From an uncultured Planctomycetota bacterium (GTDB lineage: Bacteria > Planctomycetota > PLA2 > JAEUHO01), in contig CAVVXN010000003.1 in the NCBI GenBank assembly GCA_963752285.1, forward strand, positions 384,001 to 448,000: a stretch of DNA of 64,000 nt, written 5' to 3'. The notes under the pieces are model-generated. The model saw only the letters and a list, made by a program, of their open reading frames with translations, searched no databases and was not told the origin of the DNA. This document shows positions 18,870-27,097 of this stretch, in pieces. Each line of letters opens with the position of its first letter. Within the stretch, counting starts at the first letter, position 1. Position numbers and translations under genes: made by a program.

Positions 18870-21235
18870 TGCGCGCACTCGACCGAAAGCTCGTCCGCAA
18901 CCTGGCCACGATGAAGGGGCAGGTGATCGCGATCGTGCTGATCGTGGCGTGCGGCGTGGCCTCCTTCGTGACCGTGGTCACCGCGTACCGCGGCCTCGGA
19001 GGCTCGCTCGACGCGTACTACCGCCGCTACCGCATGGCCGACGTGTTCGCACCCGTGAAGCGGGCCCCGCGGCAGGTGCTCGACGAGATCCAGCAGATCG
19101 ACGGCGTCCGCGCCGCGGAGGGGCGCATCGTCTTCGACGTGACGATCGACCTCGCGGACCTGCCGCAGCCCGTCTCCGGCCGGGTCGTGTCGGTTCCCGA
19201 CCGCCACGGGAGCATGCTGAACGACCTCTACCTCGTGCGCGGCCGCTGGTTCGAGGGGGAGGGAACGCGGCAGGTCATCGTGTCGGACCGCTTCGCGCGC
19301 GCGCACGGCCTCGACGTGGGCGACCGCCTCTCCGTGCTCATGAACGACAAGAAGGAGGCGCTGACGGTCGTCGCGACGGCGCTCTCCCCGGAGTTCGTGT
19401 ACCTCATCCGCGAGGGCGAGATCGCCCCCGACCCGGAGCACTTCGCGGTCCTCTGGATGGCACGCTCCTTCGCCGAGGCCGTCTTCGACTTCGACGAGGC
19501 GGTCAACGACGTCGTGGTCACGGAGTCGCGCGGCGCCAAGACCGCCGAGGTGATCGACGGTCTCGACCGGGTCCTTCACCGCTACGGCGCGTACGGCGCG
19601 TACCGGCGGGCCGACCAGGCGTCCCACCGTTTCGTCTCGAACGAGATCGACGGCCTCGAGGCCTCGGCCACCGTGACCCCCTCGATCTTCCTCGCCGTCG
19701 CCGCGTTCGTGCTGCACCTGCTGATGGGACGGCTCGTGCAGACGCAGAGGAACCAGATCGCGGTGTTCCGCGCGTTCGGGTACGGTCGTGGCGACCTCGC
19801 GCGGCACTACCTGAAGCTCGCGTTGCTCGTCGGCCTCGTCGGCGCCGCGCTCGGGATCGGCATCGGTCTCTGGTTCGCGCGGCAGGTGCTCGAGATGTAC
19901 CGGGAGTTCTTCGACTTCCCCGTGCTCGCGTTCGGCGTCGATCCGGTGGCCGTGGGGGCGGGCGGGCTCGTGGCCCTCGGCGCCGCGGCCCTGGGCGCGC
20001 TCGGTGCCGCCCGGCGCGCCGCGAGGCTCGAGCCGGCGGAGGGCCTGCAGCCGGAGGCGCCGCCCGTCTACCGCCCCGCGTGGGTCGAGCGGATCACGTG
20101 GCTCTGGGGCCGACTCGGCTTCGGCCCGCGCATGGTGCTGCGACGCCTCGCGCGGACGAAGGCGCGCGCCGCGGCGACCGTGGCCGGCGTGGCCCTCGCC
20201 GTGTCGATCCTCGTCCTGACGTTCTTCTCGTACGACTCGTACGGCGTCATGATCGACGACCAGTTCCGCCTCATCGAGCGGCAGGACGTCCGCGTCACGT
20301 TCCACGCGGAGCGGGGGCGCGCGGCCCTGTACGAGGTGCGGCGGCTCGCGGGCGTCCGCCGCGCGGAGGCGGAGTGGGCGTTGCCGGTCCGGCTCGTCCA
20401 CGGCTGGCGGAGTCGTCGCACCGCGATCACGGGCATGGACGTGCCCCACGACCTCCACGCGCTCCTCGACCAGGACCTGCGGTCGGTCCCGCTCCCCGAG
20501 GACGGGCTCCTCCTCTCGAAGAAGCTCGCGGACCTCCTGCACGCCGGGCCCGGGGACGTCCTCGACGCGGAACGCCTGACGGGCGACCAGCGGACCTTCC
20601 GCGTTCCCGTCGCGGCCGTCGTGGAGGAGTACCTCGGCACCTCCGCGTACGCGCGGCGCGAGGCGCTCGGGCGATGGACCGGCGAGGGCGACGTGCTGGG
20701 CGGGGTCCTCCTGTCGGTGGACCCCGCGCGCTCGGACGCGGTCGGCCGCGAGCTGAAGGACCTGCCGGCCGTGGCCTCGGTCTCGTATCGCGCGGACCAG
20801 GCCAGGAACCTCCGAGCCCTGCTGGCGTCGTCCCAGGACATCATGCTCGGCGTGCTCGTCACGTTCGCCGGCATCATCGTCTTCGGTGTCCTCTACAACG
20901 CCGCCCGCATCGCGCTCGCGGAACGGCACCGCGAGCTCGGCGCGATGCGCGTGCTCGGCTTCACGACGCGGGAGGTGGCGGGCCTCCTCGTGGGCGAGAA
21001 CCTCCTCCTCGTCGCCATCGCGATCCCCTTCGGCGTCGGGCTCGGCGCGCTCTTCTCCAAGATGCTGACCTCCGCCTACGAGACCGAGCTCTTCCGCTTC
21101 CCGTTCGTGTTCTCGCTCGCGACCGTGTACCGTTCCATCGGGTTCACGATCCTGTTCGCGTTCCTCGCGAACGCGCTCGTGCTACGGCCGCTGTTCCGGC
21201 TCGACCTGGTCGAGGTCCTGAAGGCCCGGGAGTGA
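18869..21235 (+). CDS. ABC transporter permease, duplicated MacB_PCD/FtsX
   Basis: TGATG overlap with the ATPase gene; two FtsX halves (QRNQIAVFRAFGY; ERHRELGAMRVLGF). Confidence 0.92.
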   Translation: MRALDRKLVRNLATMKGQVIAIVLIVACGVASFVTVVTAYRGLGGSLDAYYRRYRMADVFAPVKRAPRQVLDEIQQIDGVRAAEGRIVFDVTIDLADLPQPVSGRVVSVPDRHGSMLNDLYLVRGRWFEGEGTRQVIVSDRFARAHGLDVGDRLSVLMNDKKEALTVVATALSPEFVYLIREGEIAPDPEHFAVLWMARSFAEAVFDFDEAVNDVVVTESRGAKTAEVIDGLDRVLHRYGAYGAYRRADQASHRFVSNEIDGLEASATVTPSIFLAVAAFVLHLLMGRLVQTQRNQIAVFRAFGYGRGDLARHYLKLALLVGLVGAALGIGIGLWFARQVLEMYREFFDFPVLAFGVDPVAVGAGGLVALGAAALGALGAARRAARLEPAEGLQPEAPPVYRPAWVERITWLWGRLGFGPRMVLRRLARTKARAAATVAGVALAVSILVLTFFSYDSYGVMIDDQFRLIERQDVRVTFHAERGRAALYEVRRLAGVRRAEAEWALPVRLVHGWRSRRTAITGMDVPHDLHALLDQDLRSVPLPEDGLLLSKKLADLLHAGPGDVLDAERLTGDQRTFRVPVAAVVEEYLGTSAYARREALGRWTGEGDVLGGVLLSVDPARSDAVGRELKDLPAVASVSYRADQARNLRALLASSQDIMLGVLVTFAGIIVFGVLYNAARIALAERHRELGAMRVLGFTTREVAGLLVGENLLLVAIAIPFGVGLGALFSKMLTSAYETELFRFPFVFSLATVYRSIGFTILFAFLANALVLRPLFRLDLVEVLKARE

Positions 21236-21241
21236 TTCGGG

Positions 21242-22564
21242 ATGCGGAAGATCTGGATCGCCGTGATCCTCGTCGTGGGGGCCGCTCTCTCGTGGTGGTT
21301 CCTCCATGGCCGGCCCGCCGCGGTGGACCTCGCGAACGTGACGCGGGGTCCCGTGCGGGAGGTGGTGGAGGAGGAGGGCGAGACCCGCGTGACCGAGCGC
21401 TTCGTCGTCTCCGCACCGGTGGACGGGCGTCTCGAGCGCCTGGAGCTCGACGCGGCCGATCCCGTCGAGAAGGGGCAGGTGGTGGCGCAGATCGACCCGC
21501 TCCCGCTCCAGACCACGCTCGCCGAGACGCGCGCCCGGATCCGCTCGCTCGAGGAGCGCAAGTCGGGCGTGGACACGAAGCGGCCCAAGCCCGAGGAGAT
21601 CGAGCGCGCCAAGAACCTCGAGACCCAGGCGGACGAGGCGAGCGCGGTCGCCCGCCACCAGCTCGAGCAGCTCGTCGCCGCGCACGAGAAGGCCGGGAAG
21701 GACCTCGAGCGCGTGCGGTCCACCGTGCGCCAGCAGGTCGAGCCGGTCACCGAGCTCGACGCCGCGGTCGCCGCCGAGGCGGAGTCACGGGCCCAGGTCG
21801 AGGCCCAGGAGGTCCGCGTGAAGATCGCCGACCTCGCGACGGGCGCCGCCCGGCTCGAGCGGCAGGTGCTCGTGTCCCGACTCGAGGACTTCGACTGGGA
21901 GGAGAAGGACTACGCGCAGCAGATCGCCGCGCTGGAGGCCGAGCTGTCGAAGGTCGAGGACGACCTCCACCGGACCGACATCCGCGCGCCGGTCGCGGGC
22001 GTGGTGCTTCGCCGGGACAAGGAGAGCGAGCAGGTGGTCTCGGCCGGCACGTCGATCCTCGAGATCGGGAACCTCGCGCGCCTCGAGGTCCAGGCCGACT
22101 TCCTCTCGGAGGACGCGGCACACATGAGGAAGGGCATGCCCGCCGAGGTCTTCGGGCGCTCCCTCGGCACGCGGGTCGTCTCCGGCACGATCTCGAGGAT
22201 CCACCCGAGCGCGTTCACGAAGGTCTCCTCCCTCGGCGTCGAGCAGCAGCGCGTGACCGTCGTCGTGGAGGTGGACGCCGAGGACACGGGGCTCGGCGAC
22301 CGCTACCGCGTCCAGGTGCGCGCGATCCTCGACGCGCGAGACGAGGCGGTGCTCGTCCCGGAGGGCGCGCTCTTCCGCCAGGAGGGCACGTGGCACGCCT
22401 TCCGCGTAACGGACGGCGCCGCCGACCTGGTGGCGGTCACGACCGGGATCGGCGACGGGCGAAACCGCGAGGTCCTCTCGGGGCTCGCCCCCGGCGACCG
22501 GGTGATCCTCCACCCCGACGCGACGATCACGGAGGGCACCCCCGTGAAGTCCCTCCCCCCCTAG
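21242..22564 (+). CDS. Efflux periplasmic adaptor (HlyD/MacA family)
   Basis: N-terminal TM, VSAPVDGRL, coiled coil, IRAPVAGVV, FTKVSSLGVEQQRV, VLSGLAPGDRVILHP. Confidence 0.92.
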   Translation: MRKIWIAVILVVGAALSWWFLHGRPAAVDLANVTRGPVREVVEEEGETRVTERFVVSAPVDGRLERLELDAADPVEKGQVVAQIDPLPLQTTLAETRARIRSLEERKSGVDTKRPKPEEIERAKNLETQADEASAVARHQLEQLVAAHEKAGKDLERVRSTVRQQVEPVTELDAAVAAEAESRAQVEAQEVRVKIADLATGAARLERQVLVSRLEDFDWEEKDYAQQIAALEAELSKVEDDLHRTDIRAPVAGVVLRRDKESEQVVSAGTSILEIGNLARLEVQADFLSEDAAHMRKGMPAEVFGRSLGTRVVSGTISRIHPSAFTKVSSLGVEQQRVTVVVEVDAEDTGLGDRYRVQVRAILDARDEAVLVPEGALFRQEGTWHAFRVTDGAADLVAVTTGIGDGRNREVLSGLAPGDRVILHPDATITEGTPVKSLPP

Positions 22565-22582
22565 ACATACGGAGCCAGAGCA

Positions 22583-23506
22583 ATTCGTCCGAATCGACGG
22601 CCGCCCCGGCCTGCCCACGGGTTCGTCCTCCTGGCGACCCTCGTCCTCGTCGTCGGGGCGCTGGTCGTCGTCCGCCTCGCCGCCAGCCGCGCGGCGGGCC
22701 GGACGTCCGGGGCGGCGCCGGCCCGGGCGCTCGACCTCCGCGTCGTCTCGTTCAACGTGTGGGGCGTGCCGCTCGCGCCGGACCTCCCGCGGCGTATCGC
22801 CGCGATGCCCGAGGCCCTGCGCGGGCTCGACGCCGACGTGATCTGCCTGCAGGAGGTGTGGACCAGCGACGTCCGCGGCGTGTTGGTGGACGGGCTCGCC
22901 CCGGCGTACGCGGCGACGCCCGGAGCCCGCGGCGGTCTCCTGGTCCTCTCCCGTTTCCCGATCGAGGCCGAGCGGTTCACGCGGTTCCCCTACGTCCGGG
23001 GCTCGTCGCTCGTCGAGACGCTCGCGGGGAAGGGTCGGCTCGACGTCGTGGTGCGAACCCCCCTCGGCCGCGTCCGCGTCGTGGACTCGCACCTGGCGGC
23101 GGGCGACGTGATGGCGCGGAACGCCGAGCTCCGAGTCCTCCTCGATCACCTGCCGCGCGACCTGCCGCTCGTCGTCGGCGCCGACACGAACTTCTGGTCG
23201 GTGTGGCAAGGCGAGCTCACGAGCGAGTACGAGTCGGTGATCGCCGCGGGCCTCGAGGACGCCAACCCGCCGCGGGTCCTCCCGAACGGTCGGCTCGATC
23301 CCGGGGCGCCCACGCGGCCCGGCTGGCCGCGGCCCGAGGGCGACCCGTGGGGACGCTCGTATCCCGACCACGTCTTCTACGCTCCGGGGGGTGGAATCGA
23401 CGTGCGCGTCGTCGCGTACCGCCAGGCGTTCGACGCGCCCGAGGACGCGCTCTCCGACCACGACGCGCAGGTGGTCGAGCTCCGTCTCGTTCGGACGAAG
23501 GACTGA
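22583..23506 (+). CDS. Endonuclease/exonuclease/phosphatase (EEP) family protein, membrane-anchored or exported; probable ATT start
   Basis: LRVVSFNVWG, DADVICLQEV, LSRFPI, SHL, VGADTN, PDHVF, SDH; a TM segment and the first motif lie upstream of the tracked GTG 22757 in the same open frame; GGAG-8nt-ATT at 22571-22585. Confidence 0.8.
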   Translation: MRPNRRPPRPAHGFVLLATLVLVVGALVVVRLAASRAAGRTSGAAPARALDLRVVSFNVWGVPLAPDLPRRIAAMPEALRGLDADVICLQEVWTSDVRGVLVDGLAPAYAATPGARGGLLVLSRFPIEAERFTRFPYVRGSSLVETLAGKGRLDVVVRTPLGRVRVVDSHLAAGDVMARNAELRVLLDHLPRDLPLVVGADTNFWSVWQGELTSEYESVIAAGLEDANPPRVLPNGRLDPGAPTRPGWPRPEGDPWGRSYPDHVFYAPGGGIDVRVVAYRQAFDAPEDALSDHDAQVVELRLVRTKD

Positions 23507-23678
23507 CGCGCGCGCCCGGAACCGACAGGTGCCATCGGGGCCCGCGCGAGCACGCCGCGGCGTGCGCGGGCCACGCCCTCTGCACGCGCCGCGGAGCCGA
23601 CGCGCGTCGGGGTCCCCGGGGGACGCACCCGCGCGCGCGGATAGGATGCCCCGCTTCGGAGGTACAGGGAGCGTGCGC

Positions 23679-26600
23679 ATGGAACCGCAGTCCGGCTACT
23701 ACCGCCACCCGACGATCCACGGCGACCAGGTGGTGTTCGTCTGCGAAGACGACCTCTGGACCGTCCCGGTGACGGGCGGCTTCGCCCGACGCCTCACCGC
23801 GAGCACCGGCCGGGTCTCGTTCCCCGTGCTGTCGCCGGACGGCGCGTGGGTCGCGTACACGAGCCAGGACGAGGGACCGAACGAGGTGTGGGTGATGGAC
23901 GCGGAGGGCGGCGCGCCGCGCCGCCTCACCTGGCTCGGCCACCTCACGCAGACCGTCGGGTGGCGGCCCGACTCCAAGGCGATCGTCTTCGCGAGCGACT
24001 GGCGTCAGATCCGCCGCGGCCTCCAACATCTCGCCGAGGTCCCGGTCCAGGGTGGGCCGCCCCGTGCGCTCGAGGTGGGCCCGGCGCGGGCCGTCTCGTA
24101 CGAGCCGTCCGGGAAGGGCGTGGTCCTCGGCCGGAACAGCGGAGACCCGGCGCGATGGAAGCGCTACCGCGGCGGCACGGCGGGCACGATCTGGATCGAC
24201 CGCGAGGGCCACGGCTCCTTCGCGCCGCTCCTCGAGCTGGAGGGGAACCTCGCGAGCCCCATGTGGGTGGGCGACCGCATCTGGTTCCTCTCCGACCACG
24301 AGGGATACGGCAACCTCTACTCGTGCTCGCCCCAGGGCGGGGACGTCCGACGCCACACGGACCACGAGGACTACTACGTCCGCTTCCCCTGCACCGACGG
24401 AGCGCGGATCGTCTACCACGCCGGCGCGGACCTCTTCGTGTACGACCCGGCCGTGGACCGCGCGGCGCCCATCTCGATCCGCATCGCCAGCCCGCGTTCG
24501 TCCCGCTCGCGCCGGTTCGTGGACGCGGCCCGGTATCTCGACTCGTTCCACCTGCACCCGAAGGGACACTCCGCGGCCGTCGTCTCGCGCGGCGGCGCCT
24601 TCACGATGGGGCTGTGGGACGGCCCGGTGACCCGCCACGGCGAGGTGTCGCGCGAGCGCCGTCGTCTCGCCGCGTGGCTCGCCGACGGCTCGCGCCTCGT
24701 CTCGGTGTCGGACGCGCCGGGCGAGGAGGTGCTGGTGGTGGAGGACGCCGCGGGCGGCCCCTCGAAGGAGGTGGCGAAGGACGTCGGTCGTCCCCTCGAG
24801 CTCGTACCGTCCCCCGCGGCGCCGCACCGCGTGGCGCTCTCCAACCACCGCCAGGAGCTGTGGGTGGTGGACGTGGACAAGAAGACGAAGAAGAAGGTCG
24901 CGGAGAGCGGCTACGACCGGATCCAGGGCATGGCGTGGTCACCCGACGGGCGATGGCTCGCGTACGCCGTCCCGGTCTCGTACCGCGCCACGAGCCTCCG
25001 CCTCCTCGACGCGGACACGGGGAAGACGGTGGTCGTCACCGGCTCCGACTTCCTCGACGTCCGGCCGGCCTTCGACCCCGAGGGACGCTACCTCTACTTC
25101 CTCTCGTGGCGCGTGTTCGACCCCGTCTACGACAGCCACTACTTCGACCTCGGCTTCCCGCGCGGCGCGCGTCCGTACCTCGTCCTCCTCCGCGCCGACG
25201 ACGCCTCGCCCTTCGACGCGGCCCAGCGCGACCCGCGCGCGCCGTTCGACGCGCCCCCCGAGCCCCCGGGGAGCGTGACGAAGGCGGCCCCGGGCGCGAA
25301 GGGCGCCAAGGGGAAGGCCAAGGCGAAGGCGAAGTCGTCGGCCGCGGTCGAGGTCCGGATCGACGTCGCGGGCCTCGAGAACCGCATCGTCGCGCTGCCC
25401 GTCCCGGAGGGCCGCTACACGAAGGTCGCGGGCGCCCCCGGCCGCGTCCTGATGAGCCAGGTGCCGGTCGAGGGGACCCTCGACCGGCCGTGGCCCGACC
25501 CGGCCGAGCCGCCGTCGAAGGCCACGCTCGAAGCGTACGACCTGAAGCGCGAGAAGCGGGAGACGGTCGCGTCGGGCATCAGCGACTTCGAAGTCACGGC
25601 CGACGGCAAGACCCTCGGCCTCCGCGTGGGGAACCGCCTGCGCGTGGTGGGTGGCGGCGCCACCGCCGAGGAACTCGGCGCGAAGGAGAAGGAGCGAGGT
25701 CGCGCGAGCGGCTGGGTGGACCTCCTGCGCCTGCGCGCGGAGGTGATCCCCGGGCTCGAGTGGCGGCAGATGCTCCGCGAGGCGTGGCGCCTCCAGCGCG
25801 ACCACTTCTGGACCCCCGACATGTCGGGCATCTCCTGGACCTCGATCTACGACCGCTACCTGCCCCTCGTGGACCGCGTGGGGACGCGCGCGGAGCTCTC
25901 GGACCTCGTCTGGGAGATGCAAGGCGAGCTCGGGACCTCGCACGCGTACGAGATCGGCGGCGACTACCGGGCCGCTCCGCCCTGGTACCAGGGCTTCCTC
26001 GGCGCCGACCTCGAGTACCGCGCGCGCACGAAGTCGTGGCACGTCGTGCGGATCCCGCACGGCGACGTGTGGGACGAGCGGCAGTCGTCGCCCCTGTCGG
26101 CACCCGGTCTCGACGTCCGGGAAGGCGACCGCCTCGTGGCGATCGACGGTCGCGAGGTCGGGAAGGACGTCTCGCCCTACGAGCGGCTCGTGCACCGCGC
26201 GGGCCAGGCCGTCCGGCTGACGCTCGAGCGCGGCGCGGGGAAGGGGCGCGGCAAGGCGCGATCCGTGAACGTCGTCGCCGCGCCCGACGAGACGGCGCTC
26301 CGCTACCGCGACTGGGTCGAGGCGAACCGCGCCTGGGTTCACGCGAAGGGGAAGGGAAAGGTCGGCTACGTCCACATCCCCGACATGGGGCCCAACGGCT
26401 ACTCCGAGTTCCACCGCTACTACCGAATCGAGGTCGAACGCGACGGTCTGATCGTGGACGTCCGCTTCAACGGCGGCGGCCACGTCTCGCAGATCCTGAT
26501 CGAGAAGCTCCTCCGCCGCCGGATCGGCTACGACAAGGCGCGCTGGCAGAAGGTGCCGATTTCGTATCCCGACGCCGCGCCGAAGGGCCCGATGGTCGCG

Positions 26601-26996
26601 CTCATCAACGAGTACGCGGGCTCCGACGGCGACATCTTCAGCCACGCCTTCAAGGCGTACGGGCTCGGACCGCTCGTCGGGAAGCGGACGTGGGGCGGTG
26701 TCATCGGCGTCTGGCCGCGCCACGCGCTGGTGGACGGTTCGGTCACCACGCAGCCGGAGTTCTCGTCGTGGTTCGCCGACATCGGCTGGGGCATCGAGAA
26801 CCGGGGCGTCCCCCCGGACGTCGAGGTGGACATCCGACCGCAGGACTACCGGGCGGGCAAGGACCCCCAGCTCGAGCGCGGGCTCACCGAGGCCCTGGCG
26901 CGCGTGAAGGCGTCGAAGCCGCTCGTTCCCGACTTCGCCGACCGGCCGAATCTGCGCCCGCCCCGGCTCTCCGGGCCGAAGCGGACCCGTCGCTGA
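23679..26996 (+). CDS. Tricorn protease (peptidase S41, beta-propellers plus PDZ)
   Basis: VVFVCEDDLWTV, WKRYRGGTAG, GELGTSHAY, VGYVHIPDM, DVRFNGGG, NEYAGSDGDIF (catalytic Ser), GKRTWGGVIG, ENRGVPPD. Confidence 0.95.
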   Translation: MEPQSGYYRHPTIHGDQVVFVCEDDLWTVPVTGGFARRLTASTGRVSFPVLSPDGAWVAYTSQDEGPNEVWVMDAEGGAPRRLTWLGHLTQTVGWRPDSKAIVFASDWRQIRRGLQHLAEVPVQGGPPRALEVGPARAVSYEPSGKGVVLGRNSGDPARWKRYRGGTAGTIWIDREGHGSFAPLLELEGNLASPMWVGDRIWFLSDHEGYGNLYSCSPQGGDVRRHTDHEDYYVRFPCTDGARIVYHAGADLFVYDPAVDRAAPISIRIASPRSSRSRRFVDAARYLDSFHLHPKGHSAAVVSRGGAFTMGLWDGPVTRHGEVSRERRRLAAWLADGSRLVSVSDAPGEEVLVVEDAAGGPSKEVAKDVGRPLELVPSPAAPHRVALSNHRQELWVVDVDKKTKKKVAESGYDRIQGMAWSPDGRWLAYAVPVSYRATSLRLLDADTGKTVVVTGSDFLDVRPAFDPEGRYLYFLSWRVFDPVYDSHYFDLGFPRGARPYLVLLRADDASPFDAAQRDPRAPFDAPPEPPGSVTKAAPGAKGAKGKAKAKAKSSAAVEVRIDVAGLENRIVALPVPEGRYTKVAGAPGRVLMSQVPVEGTLDRPWPDPAEPPSKATLEAYDLKREKRETVASGISDFEVTADGKTLGLRVGNRLRVVGGGATAEELGAKEKERGRASGWVDLLRLRAEVIPGLEWRQMLREAWRLQRDHFWTPDMSGISWTSIYDRYLPLVDRVGTRAELSDLVWEMQGELGTSHAYEIGGDYRAAPPWYQGFLGADLEYRARTKSWHVVRIPHGDVWDERQSSPLSAPGLDVREGDRLVAIDGREVGKDVSPYERLVHRAGQAVRLTLERGAGKGRGKARSVNVVAAPDETALRYRDWVEANRAWVHAKGKGKVGYVHIPDMGPNGYSEFHRYYRIEVERDGLIVDVRFNGGGHVSQILIEKLLRRRIGYDKARWQKVPISYPDAAPKGPMVALINEYAGSDGDIFSHAFKAYGLGPLVGKRTWGGVIGVWPRHALVDGSVTTQPEFSSWFADIGWGIENRGVPPDVEVDIRPQDYRAGKDPQLERGLTEALARVKASKPLVPDFADRPNLRPPRLSGPKRTRR

Positions 26997-27097
26997 CCGC
27001 CGCGTCGCGATCCTGATACCGTAGCGGACCGTACCGAGCCCGTGGCCCGCCGTCCGACCCGACGCGGCGGAGCCCGGCTTCGACAGGGAAGCGCGCG

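Noticed and set aside
22562..22564. Pyrrolysine/amber read-through fusing the adaptor and the EEP enzyme
   Set aside because: The adaptor ends at its normal family C-terminus, the EEP has its own RBS and signal-like N-terminus, and there are no pyl genes in the window.
18787..23772. Very long Arg/Pro/Gly-rich ORFs (also 26846-30850, 35817-40652, 36418-42606, 51378-54377, 53168-56089)
   Set aside because: Shadow frames expected at very high GC; they overlap well-supported genes and lack family motifs.
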